Source of the DNA: Atractiella rhizophila
Lineage: Eukaryota
Reading direction: 5' to 3'
NCBI GenBank assembly: GCA_021432655.1
Contig: MU271402.1
Location: forward strand, 1 to 64,000
DNA length: 64,000 nucleotides
This document shows positions 36,848 to 49,882 of this stretch, one piece after another. The notes beneath the pieces were generated by a model. That model was not told the DNA's origin. It saw only the letters and a program-made list of their open reading frames with translations, and did no database searches. Both the position numbers and the translations under genes were made by a program. The stretch's first letter is position 1, and each line of letters begins with the position of its first letter.

Positions 36848-38388
36848 AATTGCAGTGATAATAGATAACTTGGAACGCAAGGTTAGTGATGATGGATCTG
36901 AGGGAGGATCTGAGGAGAATATTACTTTGGGTGGTAGGAAGAGGCAGTCTTTATAATAATCCCAGCGTTATGGCAGTTGACGTCACGATATAACTTAAAT
37001 GACGTCGGTTAAGGGACCTGGGGTTGAGAACCAACGCTTCTTCTTTTCCGGCAATGCCCGAAAGCAGGAATGATAGAAATATGTGCTGAAAATGACCAGG
37101 TGAAAGAAGAGGGACTGAAACGGATGGAGAGGATAAGAGAAAGGGCCGTCGCGGTTTTATGGTTCTTCGGCCAAATACCCGTCCCTCCATTCACCATTCA
37201 CAACCATCAGGAACGTTTGTTGAAAATGTAACTGAACTGGCAAAGAAAAGGCCGAACCCCAGATGTTGTCAATTTCCTACGGACAGGTCTGGAAAGCTGA
37301 AGATTGATTGAACTTTGCGCGGAAACAGATCGGCAGCCACCTTCGAAGTGGAGAAACAAATTTGAGTTTCTTCTGATGAGCATTGAGCAAAAATGCGTGG
37401 AATCGCCAAGGACCGGTCATTATACATTTAGTATGTTTGAGTGATGCTGCAGGAAAGCAAAAGGAAAGGAACACTGGGAGTCGTGATAAGAAAGCTTCCT
37501 CCTTCGTTACACACACAAGTGTTGCCCGGCTAAACATACCTGGAAATATGCGGTGTGTGGTGAAAAGGAACCAGTTGCCTTTGGTGAGGAGACAGTGAAA
37601 AAGGGCACATGATTGAAGATCTGTGGCCATCCTCAAGGCTTAAAGCGCTGCCTCAACTACAGTCGTGTTAGATCTTATGACAATAATTCAGCGTCAGCCT
37701 GAAAGCACCATGCAAACTGGGGCCATGGGCGGCAATGTAACTTTTTCCATAAAACAATCTTGAAAGCATCAGCAACTACAGAATACACCTTTTTGTACCA
37801 CTCATCTGATCGGATATGGGGCACATAGTCAAAGTAATCAACAACTTGAACGAGTCTGTGATTGCAACATCGTCTAGACCCTTTTGCCTTGCTATGCACT
37901 GGTCCGTCTCACCCCCCGTTCCGATCCACAGTCGAGAACATATTCGCTTGGACTCACAGGAAGACAATTCTTTATCATTTATCCTCCTAAAGCAATGACG
38001 TGAAATCACTTTTGACAACAGCATTAAGGCTGAGGTAGATTTCGCTTGAAAACTTGCAAGAGCTGTCTTTAGTCAAAAGTTTGATGAAGTTGAGAGAAGC
38101 GATTGATGCTGCAGCCCAGTGCTGTTTGTAAGCGCGTCTTGTGCTAGGGGTTCTATTCAAGTTGTTTTTTCATTTACTCATATCTGGATTCAGCAGAAGC
38201 TGGACTAATTTTCAGTGATTTAAAAACTTGACAATTTTATTCAATACAACACACACTGAACCTACATATTGAGAATAATGAAGTAACAAGCCAGATCAGT
38301 CCTGCTCAATCACAAGAAATATTTCCACAATTGCTCTACATTTAGCACAGGGCACGAACGGCTCGGTGCAAAAACATAAGTAGTTGCC

Positions 38389-41300
38389 TCACCGATCCAT
38401 GTGTAACTGAAAGGTATCCAGTAGCTGTGGACCGAACTTGTTTAAAAAGTTGATTTTGTCCTCATCGGACACTATCGGCGCAAGCTTCTCAGCACCTGGT
38501 TCAATATGGTAAATCCACTCACTTGAATTGAATGCCACTGCCATTTCCTCCTTTGAAGGCACGTTTGCCTTGGCACGAAGGATCTCAAGATCTTTCAAAC
38601 TCACTTGTAACACATCTGCCATTTTGTTAAGATGCGCTTTGTTCTCGCCTGTCTCAGCGGTGCTGGTAGTAGCTGGCTGTTGAAGATCGATCTTTCGCTT
38701 TTTGCGTCGGGGTGGCCATGCAGGAGTTTCGTCTTCTGATTCATGTTCGGACGCCTTCCTCTTTGGACCAGTCGACCGTCGTACCTTTTTGGACTTGTAG
38801 GCAGGTTCAGAGTCTCCGCCTTTCCCAGTAGCGTGCTTCCTAAGTGCATTCTCGACGATATGATCTTCTACTATTGAACCCTTCAGTAATTCCTGTAACA
38901 AGGAGGTGAGTGCAATGAGAGACGTGCATGCAACATTAACGGGGGACATACCGCATTCGTGATGCGAACTGTGCCGTAAGCATCCAGGATCTCATCGATC
39001 GGATCAACGTTAGTCTCCATCTCTTTCAAGTTCTGAATATCTGGAATGAAAGCTCAACACCAGGATCCAGATACAGAACAAACTTCTTACCTTCATCCGG
39101 ACTTGACATGAGGTTGCCCAACATCTCTCCCAGTGCCTTCTCTTCTTCGACCTCCTTCACATTCTGGGTACCACTGAGCATGTCAACGAAAATGTAAAAT
39201 AAGAGCATACCGATTCATCATCACTATCATCCCTGGGATTCTTTTTCTTTCGGCCAACCATATTGTTTGCTGCCCATTTCATTTCGGACACCCCGACCTT
39301 TCGTTTTGATCATACCTCAGCTTTCTATGACTAGCGAAAGCAGACTGAGCCGAACCTCAATCATGGTTTTATCAAGCTGCACTTCCTTGTTGAATTTGAA
39401 CAGGTTTTCAACCCCGAACAACTCTCCTTTGTGATGCTTATCGTCTTGTTTCCCGTCCCAGAGCCTGATGCATTTCATCACTGTCAGCAATCTTGCAGAA
39501 TGGCGTGGTGAGTGACCTTCTAGTGTAGGCAGCTTTGTATCCGACCTCCATTGCATGTTGTTTGTAAATCTGGCGGGTGTAAATCAATTCTTCCAACCTA
39601 TACATCGCATGAATACAATTTTCTACAGTCGAGAGGGAAGCACTCACGATCCCGCGCCGATGAGTCTGTAAACATTGACATCTCGTCGTTGCCCGATTCG
39701 AAATGCTCGGTCCTACCAAAATGGTAAGCAACGAGATGACAATGCGAGAGTGGTTGTACTTGAGCTTGTAGATCGTGAGAGGGGTTCCAATTAGGATCTG
39801 AACGGCTGGTGAGCTTAAGTGAGCTATGAAGGCTAGATTTACCGAAGATCACGACTCTGTTTGCAGCTGCAAGTAATTCAGCTGTGAAATATCCCACGCA
39901 GAAAACTCCGAACCGGTCAGATTCAAGCCCACACCACCTATTCAGCCTTCTGTAAGTGTCCCTTAAACCGATTGGAAGTGAGAGCATACCAGCCTTGGTG
40001 CTGATCAAGAAAATGAAAACGTCAGGATCATTGTTATATTCATTGACAACGTTCATCCCTAGCTCAAGCTGCCAATCAGGCATCTCCTCAGATTTCCAGG
40101 GGAGCACTCACGCTCGTCAGGAGCTGTAGTGCCGTCAAGTCTGCGATAGTTATACTCCGCGTCCAAGTTTATGAAACCTTCTATGCAATCCAGGAGTTTG
40201 ATGGAATGGCTAAACAGGAGAACCTGAACAGAATGAGAGAAGTGTTTAACAAGAAAGTGATTTGGGACAGACCTTATCTCCCGCGTCTTTCCACTTCTTC
40301 AGCATAGCTTGGAGCAACTGCCACTTGCCGCAAAGTTTAGGGTCATTTTGGTTGCGCAAAATATAGCGACGTTCTTGGTGGTCATCTGGAAAGGCTGTCT
40401 GAACCCATTCAACAGTCTGTGCATACATATCGGGGTCATTTCGAAGCACTTCTCGATCTGTCCATAGAACACAACAGGATGTCAGTTCATTTGGGATAGT
40501 GACGAAAGAGGCACACACACCAGGATAGATCAAGATAAGATGATTCGAAATCTTTTGGAACAGGTTCAAGTACTTGAAAATTTCTTGTGACCAGCCCTTC
40601 CCGCAATGCTCGCCTCTGGTCTTTTTCGGGTCGCCACAAGGACATGGTTGTGCGTGCTGGATGATGTCTTGGACTCGAGGTAGCTTCAACAGCTCTTCAT
40701 AAGCCTGAGAACAGGTGTCAGCGAGCGCATTCTTCCCTTTCCAGTCAAAACCTCACATGCGCTTGTTCAGGCGTCAAACGGCAGAAGACCGCTAAATCTG
40801 TCTTTTTTGGTAACTGCACCAGCTTCAGCTCTTAATAGCCATGGGAAACGAGACCGAACCTGCTCGACAATAAGTGCCTTTGTCCTCCTCAAGAAGAAAT
40901 GCGGCAGCAACCCCGTTACAAGTCCATGAGCCCTAGCCTATCACCAGCGATACATTGCGTAAGATCAGTATTACGCCCGATCCACATTGTGAAAGGTTTA
41001 CTCGACCAGTCGACAGGTCCATAGTTGTCGCTCCTTTACGCTGAGCCGATGAGATAGGATCTGAGACCCATGTCTTCCACAGCTTCAGGTTTCCGACGCA
41101 GCCTGGATTCGCCCAGTCGAGAATTGCCCACAGCTCGCTATATCGGTTTTGGATCGCGGTTCCCTATCCACCGTTTATAAGCAGATTGTCGGTGAAAATG
41201 GAGACAAACCGTGAGACCAAAGCGAACTGGGCATGTGAAAGTCACGAACGCCTTTCTTGTGGCGCTAGTTGGCGTCTTCAAACCTCGATGGCACTCTGTT

Positions 41301-43382
41301 TCCGTTGCTTAGCAATGTTCTGAGAGGCTTGAAGGAAGCGAGTACCCACCATCGACGATAATGGCGCTCCAATCCTCGTCTCTCAACTCATCGATATGCG
41401 CGCGCGCATAATCCGTTCCGCAAATAACAATTTCGGTCCTTCCCCTCCTAAACTGCTTCATTTCCTGTATTCCAGTTTGGTGATCGCGCAGAACAATGGC
41501 ATCAAAATACCCCCACTGAGAATCCTGTCATTAGCTGCGATATCCCTTAACGTAGGAAGGAGAAAGGTGATGAAAATGGGATGACAAACCGTCCGAAGCT
41601 CGCCCAGCCATTGATATGTCACGCTAGTTGGACAAAGAATCAGAGCAGTCTTCCCCAGGGTCGTTGCCATCATTTCTCCTGGTTCCCCTTCGTTTTCCCA
41701 CTCCTTGATCCTCTGTAATCGAGATATATCCTGTTCTGCATGACCCGTTTTACCTGTTGCCGAGGGTGGATCATCAGTCTTCCTGTTCGTCAGCAACATC
41801 AGACAGACCCATGATCGCTGCTAGAAACGCAATGACTTGGATCGTTTTGCCACTTTCAGAAGGGGTCCGTTCGTCAGTACTTTGATTGATTGGAGAGATC
41901 AAGCAACTTACAGTCCCATGTCATCTCCAAGGATCCCTCCTTTTCCATCTTTATATCTCTCATAGAAGAAGCGTACTCCGTCTCTTTGATACTCTCTTAA
42001 AAACCTTCCAACCCCAAATCAAATCAGTCGTGCCTTAATAGAAGGAAAATAGAAGTGGGCCGGACCGATTGATGCTCGCCGGAACTCTCACGTCGTCGAA
42101 GAGATCCAACAAAAGGTCGCCCGTAGCTTCTACTTCACTGGAAGAGATGGTGAAATGCGGTCTCGCTACTTGAGAGTAGGGAATGAAATCGTCGACAGCT
42201 TTAGCTTTGCCTTTACCGTTCGACAAGGTCTATCGACCAATTCAATAAGTAACCATTGTGGGTGAAGCTAGAAAAACAGACAGCTGGCTCTTGCTCTTCT
42301 GGATTTAGCCGAACTTTGGAAAGGGAGGGGAAAGACGGCCAGACAGTGTCGGTGGAATTCTTCCCCTCTTGCTGGGTACGCTGCGTCTCGACCTTGATTT
42401 TTGCAGGTGATGATTTCTGAGTCTCTTCTTCGCCTTCAGACTCAGAAGCTGTGTCAAAACACGATGGTCCAAGGTCAAGCAACTTCACCTCCGCATCCAC
42501 CTTGATTTCAGAATCTGACGCCTCCGACGCCGTATCATAAGTCGTATTAACGCTCGCCATCAAGCCAGCAATTCCGCTCCCGCTCGCTTCTGGTTCTCCT
42601 TCAGACTCCGAAGCGGTATCCAACTCCGTTTTAATCTTCTGCTCCTCCCTCCCTCTCCCACTCTCAACCCGCACTCCGCCTTGCCCTGGCCTCAAGGGTA
42701 AGGTGCTAAGGGTCTTCTTGGTGCGATGGCGAGGACGTGATGCGCCGCCGCCTCTGTAGGCTGTCTCCTCAGCGTCTTGAGGGATGGAACGAAACTCGAC
42801 TACGTAATCTGACTCGTCGGCTGAAGAATCGGAAGAATCCAATATTTCGAGTTTGACATCTATGTTATACAGACTTCAGGCGATTGTTCCAAGAAGGTAG
42901 AGCTGGGGGTCATCTACCTAACAACTCGATGAGCGGATTGTACCTCATTTCTAGCTCAGCTCGTCGCGAGCTCATACGCGCTGGATTCTTGCCTAACCAG
43001 CACACAAAACACAGATGGGAGAGTTAGAAACATGTCCAGTTCACATTGTACACGAATTACGGCCAAACACACATATCCCCTCCCTCGAGTAATTAGGCAA
43101 GCGCATACCGGATTTATACCTATAAAGCACCTCTTTCCCTTCATCATCAACCCCAACGACCTGTTTATCATCTTTTTTCCTCCCATTCTTCTTTCCTTTG
43201 CCACTTCCGTCAGCAATCTTGCTCCGCCCTCTCCCGCGTCCGCGTCCTCGACGCCTTCCACCTGCCGATCGTTTCTTATCATCCTCCAGCTCTTGTGCCA
43301 TTTGCCGTCGCATAGACGCTTCAAATTCAGACTCTTCTTCTTCTCCATGGGACAATTCCGCGGCGGAGGGCTGAGAAGACAT
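38389..43382 (-). CDS. SNF2-family ATPase, ERCC6L2/Rad26-like
   Basis: PASINR-FLREYQRDGVRFFY, GILGDDMGL-GKTIQVIAFL, CGKW..L..MLKKW, FIFLISTKAG, DPNWNPSHDLQAQ, EELIYTRQIYKQ, GELFGVENLF and a VIGSSK-like LLKGSIVE. Many introns; 5' exons approximate. Confidence 0.88.
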
Positions 43383-44329
43383 ATTTTTGCAGCCGAAAAG
43401 GGAAGTCGTCGTTGTTGGTGCTCGGGATCGCAACTTTGACTTGGTATGACTTCTTAGTTTTACCAAGTCCCACTGCCCTTTCGAGGCTTTGGCATACTGC
43501 TTTTGCTCTTTCCGGAGTCTCAACCCACATCCTATGTCACATTCCAGCCCATATTCCATGCCCATGACGCTCCATGGCTTAGCTTCCATGATGCAGCTGA
43601 TGAGTGTGCACGTGATCCTCATCGAAACACCTGATTCTTCCCCGGAAACAGAAACACGCCTGACGGACCGTATCCGCCTCGAGTCCCTCTTCTTCCGTGC
43701 CAAGAGCCACCTTCTCCTCGGAGCATATAGATTTCCTGCACTATGCAGTACCTTTTGCACTCTTTCCGCCATTCATCATCCCAGCTGGGAGGAAAGGATC
43801 AAACAACAATGCCACACTCTCCGGGAGACGGATCGTGAGCGTGACGCTCCACCACGCGTCAAAAGCGAAACATTATCGGGAAGGTCAAGGCTGAAGTACT
43901 CAATTTGGGATCATGACGAATGGCGAAACAAGCGTGGTCCTACCTGATGGCCTTCTCAATGCCTACCCCGCCTGTCCCGCCTTCCTTATCACGTCGTGTG
44001 TGTCAACACTTCAAATTTATCTCTTCGTCACGGCTGAACACGCCAATTCCGAGTCCGCAAAGGCGTTGTGCGTCCGTTTTCAGCTTTACGCAGCTTAGCT
44101 TCAAAGAGGAAATCAAGTCGCCCCTCGCAAAGGTGGACGGCCACCTGCTGCCATCTGGTCACACACCACAATTACCATGCTCTCGCAGGACGGATCCATC
44201 GATGTTGCTGTTTGCAAGCCTCATGTCAAGATATAAAAGCCGCGCGTGAAGGAGGCAGTAGGTCGCCCAGCTCTGTCAATATTGTTCTGAGCTGCAGAGG
44301 ATACCCTTTCGTCTTTCGCTTTCAAAATC

Positions 44330-46221
44330 ATGAAGTACTCCATTTTGGCGGCGGCCACAACGCTGGCCTCCACTGTTTCCGCCTCTTTCATCCCTCGCGA
44401 TTTTAACCATACCGCGCTTCAGAAGAGGTTACAAAGCCTCTCCTATTCTCTCAGTTTCGAATCCAGAGGATCTTCCTTCTTCAACGGATGGGTACATGAT
44501 GGACCTGGAGATCCAACAAATGGTTTGGTTAGCCTTGTCCTCTTCCTCTTTGGTCTGAAGTACTGAGCAAGTTGACGCAGGTGAACTACCTTACCGACAG
44601 AAACCAAGCTACCTCGCTCGGTTTGATGGGCGTTAACAGTGCTGGCAACGCTTTCATGAAGGTCGACTCGACATCCAATCTTGGGTATGGCGTCAAACGA
44701 AACTCCATCAGAATTCACACCAGCCAGTCTTGTGAGTGAAAACGTTTTCCTACGCAATGGAATCGAGCTGACATATTTTGGTTCAAAGTCGCTCGCCCTA
44801 GCTTGATCATCCTCGATGCTGTCCACCTGCCCTTCGGTGCGTCATATATCTCCGTTAATGATTGTAGGAAATCTAATTCGTGTGGATTGGCTCTAAAGGC
44901 TGCTCTGTGTGGCCCGCTTTCTGGTCTTACGGAATGGCCGCTGCCTGGCCACAACTCGGCGAAATTGATATCGTCGAGCAGGTTCATAAGTGCGTTTTAA
45001 TTATTCTCCATGTAAAGCTTATATCTCACATGTTCTGTGATTAGCTCTGGTTACAATCAGGTGGGTCAGATTAAATGCAGGTGACGAAATTTCTGACTAG
45101 ATGGTGATGACCAGGCTACCCTTCATACCACAGCTGGATGCACTCAATCCGGAAGTCCTCTGACCGGCTCGGTCCTTGCCACAAATTGCGACTGGACTGT
45201 GGTAGGTCTTTTCTTGGTTGTGGTGCATCCCTTGAAATAGAACTAAACGGAGATTGACAGAATGGCAATGCTGGATGCTCCATCAAAGACAATACCGCCA
45301 ATTCTTATGGGCGTGAGTGGCTATCACTGGCTTCTTCGGGTAGAACTCTAAATCCAGTTTAGAGTCTGCTTCCAACGTCGGAGGAGGTGTTTGGGCCGTC
45401 CTCTATGACGACACTGGAGTATGCTTTTGCTCTTCGCTCAGCATAGTTGATTGCTCAACAATGTTATAAAGGTGTACTATTGGCACTTCCCTAGAGGATC
45501 CATCCCCTCCGACATCTCAGTCGGCAACACGACTCCCCATCCTGCCAACTGGGGAACGCCCGTTGGAGTCTGGTCGTCCTCCACTTGTCCCACCTCTTTC
45601 ATTGGTGCTCAGAACCTTATCTTCGACATAACCCTTTGCGGTGATTGGGCTGGTAAGTCCTTCCTTGCCAAAGCCTCAATAGTATTGATTCTTGCATGAA
45701 AGGCGCCACTTTCTCCTCGGCAGGTTGTGGAAGCGATTGCACCGCTTTTGTCCAGGTAAGTATCCACACATGTCTGCTATTGAATTTGCCGATTCTTTAT
45801 CGTCCAGACCGGCTCGAACTTTGTAAATGCATACTGGGAAGTCGGATACGTTCGCGTCTTCAGTGGATCCGGTTCTGGAGGAGGAGGAGGTACCAACAGC
45901 CATTTCGTTGACCTCACGCCCTTCTAGCGGCGACAGGAGGAACTCAAGTCTCCGCGGGATGCTCCTGTGGAGGTGCCATCTACGACCCGAGTGCATGTGA
46001 GCTGTTTTCCCGGAGAATTTGGGAGTAGATCCTGAAGAAGAATTAGACCAATGCAACTCCGGCTCACTGTGTCCTTTGGGTTACAGCTCCTGTGGAGCTG
46101 CCTGTTACTTGCCTTCCCAGTACGGCTGTTGCAACGGCAACTTGACACGTGAGCGCTCTACTTCCAATCTCCTCCATAGAGTTTGACCATTTTGGAAAAA
46201 GCTGCTGGTCAAGGATGCTAA
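44330..46221 (+). CDS. Secreted GH16 endo-1,3(4)-beta-glucanase with C-terminal Cys-rich CBM52-like module
   Basis: Signal [30 protein letters not shown], catalytic [24 protein letters not shown] Gly linker leads to [42 protein letters not shown]. Confidence 0.9.
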
Positions 46222-46742
46222 ATGTGTCCAAAATTCGCTCTGGAAATGTTCTGGTTACTTTTGTCTGTGAACTTGTACGCAAACATTAACGATGCAAAGA
46301 AAGTCAACACACATCGAAACTTGGAGGCAGCTGCGGAAACTGGGGCAGAGCTCCTCAAGGAACAGCCACCCGGCGCGAACCTCGCAGTAGTAGGAAGAGC
46401 AAATATTCTGCTTTATTGCCTCTTGAACCTGGCACCCTGTTGACGACGCGCCGATTTGAGCGTTAACTCGAACACCTTTGTTGTTCGTTTGTTGACCTGC
46501 ACGCAAGGAGGACTGAGCGGGAAGGAAGCAATTGTGACCAGGACACACGGCAAACTCGCGGCCCCTGGATCGAAGTCAAACAACTTTTCTGTCTGTTTCT
46601 GCTACATCTTTCAAACCACAAGGCGTTTAAACAAGGCGTTGATTTTGTTTCTACATTCCAATCTTTACTTCGAGGCTCCCTGACCGGAGGCTCTCGATCC
46701 CTCTGTCTCTCCTTCTCCATTGTCGGCGGGAAATCTCGAGTA

Positions 46743-48316
46743 ATGGAAACCATGGACGCTCTTTCTGACTTTAACGCTGTTGACGGTTCCATTGACGGCT
46801 TGACCTCCTTTCTCAAGCTTTGGGTCCACCGGAACTGCACTATGCTTCGTTTTGACGGCTCTGCTCAAGACATGGCGGTTTTCGACAACATAGAGCGGGC
46901 GCTCGGCTTTCTCACCAGCATCTGGAGAGCACAAGGAGTCGACACTTCCAAAAATCTAGATGATTTCAAAGCCACAATTCCTAGCATCTTCTTGAAAGAA
47001 CAAATCTGCCCCACGAGTATCTCTCCCGCCATGTCGAAGCTTTCATCCACCGACGTTCCAACTGAAATAAGCGAAAAATCAGAGGCCAACCGTAACAACC
47101 GCTTTTTGCAACTGCCAACCGAGATCCTATCAACCATCTTTTACGATGCTCTTCACGTGGATGGGGTCAGGGGACACCGGTACATGAGTCCGTGGCTTTG
47201 CATTTGCAAGTCGCTCTTTCCCATTGTGAGTGCTCTTTTCATTTTACAATCAGCATATTTACCGTTAGAGAAATATAGGTGATGCGAGAGCTCTCCGCAA
47301 ATCCCATGACGATTTACGACCGGAGGTCCATTTGTGCATTCTTGCGCATGCTTACGCGTGTGAAGCTTGAAGATATCCGGCACCTGGTCATTAGAGCATC
47401 ACCAAAAGATGTCTTCGACCACACTTCAGTCTTAAAAATCGTCGGCTTGTGCTCCAGAATCACCACTCTCAGTTTGAATCCAAACGTCTACGACATTCCA
47501 GTTAATGACAAACCACATGCTTACCTTGATGTCCTCGAAGCCTTGCGTCCCGTGAAGGATCGAATCAGAACGTTATACATCCACGATGACACAACACCCG
47601 TTTTCTGGACAGCATTGAAGACTTTTCAGCGCATTTCACAACTCGGCGTGCTTGGGCGATATCCGGATACCAATGTCGGTTTGGGACATCTAGGATCTCA
47701 GCATTACGGATACGGATTCAAGGAATTCGAGGTGACGGACGAGGATCTCTCACAAATGTTACCTTCTCGACTCACGAAATTGACCATGGCGGGGACGATT
47801 TCCGCTTTTCTTCGGGTTCTGAAACGTGCCCAACAAACCGATGCGCCATTCCCAGGACTTCAGAGCTTGGATATCGACTTTGGCAACGACACAGGACTCA
47901 TGTATTACATCTTCGAGGCAATTTCTTCCACCGTCCAACACCTCTCTTTCTTTTGTGACAACCGGTCGGACAAGGACGAGGCTAGCGAGAGATTTTATGC
48001 AATACTCGGAAAATGCACCAACCTGACTTTCTTTAGGCTCAAAGGGATGCGATTACTGCCCTGGAAACCGGATTCTGCCGGTTTATTCCAACCTTCGCTT
48101 GAACAACTCAGCTTGCACCATTGTTCTGGGGACGGGATGGATTGGAGCTTGTGGAAAATGCCTTTGAAAGCAAGTAAAATCACACTCTTGAAGCTTGACC
48201 TGGACAGTTACAATGTGTCCAAGTCGCATACAGAGAAATGGAGCTCCACCAGGGCATCAATTATCAAATATTGTCGCGGGAAAGACATCAATTTAATACT
48301 CCCAAAGAAGGGCTAA
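46743..48316 (+). CDS. F-box / LRR protein (2 exons)
   Basis: RFLQLPTEILSTIF...LCICKSLFPI, an intron, then LRR-like segments (IRHLVI, ITTLSL, LTKLTM, LQSLDI, LEQLSL) ending YCRGKDINLIL. Confidence 0.85.
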
Positions 48317-48767
48317 TTGTGTATCCCTTCCAGTTGATGAAGTATTCGTGTACAAATGCAATTACTCATCAACGTCCGGCATTCAGCATATCTGTACATG
48401 TGAACTTTCTCCGTTTTCATCGCATTACAACTATGTTCGCTGGCACAAAGTGTCCTTTAAAAGCAGAAACACACATGCGCCGTGACAATGTCCCTAATGC
48501 TGAGGCGAAAGTCCGAAGAAAGAAAAATATTAGTAGTTCTCATTTTACGCAAACATGACGAGCTTGCTCCTGACATCGTACTCCCAAGTTGTTAACGCCA
48601 ACTGTTCCGCGTTACGCTGAACATAACAGGCCAGGCAGACCGGTCGATGAGTTACCATATCTCTTTACCTAGTCCGCAGTTCCTGATTTTTTTTGTCAGC
48701 CACTTGTAAGAATACATGTCAACGGTTGCGCTTAGCCTTTTGGAAGCCGAGACAACTTCCAACTCTC

Positions 48768-49204
48768 ATGACCACTAACTTACCTCCAAACAACCATTCT
48801 CCCCTATCTCTTCCTAATCTCCTACCATGGACACTGTACTCCTCGCTTCCCTCCTTCCGTTATGTGCAGCCTTACGCATCGACGCGCATTGTCTGACCTT
48901 TCACAGTATGCGGTTTCTTATATTATGCGGTTTCTTTCACACTGACACTCGCTCACGTTGTCATACAACAGTAATGCCCATGCCTACATTGGGACGATCA
49001 GCGTCGGAGGTAGGATACGGATGTACTCATGTGGGAGAACAGTTTTGACCTCTGGATTTCCCTTTCGAATGCGTTAGGAATCACCACAGAACAGTCTAAT
49101 GTCCCTGCTCAACTCAACTATATGGTTGGTGCTGCAGCAGGTCTCATCAACTTTGCGACTGTCAAATTCGACATCGCGAAGAAGAGGGACGCTGAGGTAA
49201 ATTA
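48768..49204 (+). CDS. Possible small spliced membrane protein
   Basis: Intron-like GT..CTGAC..CAG segments and a last exon ITTEQSNVPAQLNYMVGAAAGLINFATVKFDIAKKRDAE. Phases not fully resolved. Confidence 0.35.
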
Positions 49205-49882
49205 GAAGTATCGCAACCTTCTGTGTACTAGCGACACGTGCGTGAAGGCAATTGGAGAAAGGCGTCTCTTCGGATAAGATTGGTATAATCGACTTGTTTT
49301 CAATTCTGTTTCATAATTTGTAGCAGCTTTAGAAAAGCTTGCAAGTTTGGGATGTCGCACTGCATTCACAGTGCCAACCTCATCTTTCGATTTCCGGCTC
49401 AAAATGGCAAGAAGTTAGCGCGTTAATGCACATTCGTATTCGTACAATCGTTAATCATCCTTTACTGTTGCATATGTGCCATCATGCAATGCTAACACAT
49501 GAGAACCACAACCAACACACAAGTAGTTCCCCGCTGTTCCTTTCAACAATAGTCTTTGCTCGCCAACTCAGCCAGATAACCCAACGATCAATGTATCAGG
49601 GTCGCTTGGTCTTTCTAACTCATAATTTATTTCAATGATTGTCGTCCTCCCTGCATTGCACACCCTTGCCCACAACCCTAACTCTAGCAACTGCTCCAAT
49701 CGCGCTTGCTGCAATCACGGTCGAATTACAGATTACAATATTTCTGGGGATCTTGAGCAGGGCACCCTTCTACTATCACCTCCATTTAGCAACGCATCGC
49801 CTCGAAATCGCTTTGCAAATCGATCAGCACGCCGTCAGGAGCTCGCACCCCAGTTTAACCACTAAGCCGGGCAAGCAACAAG

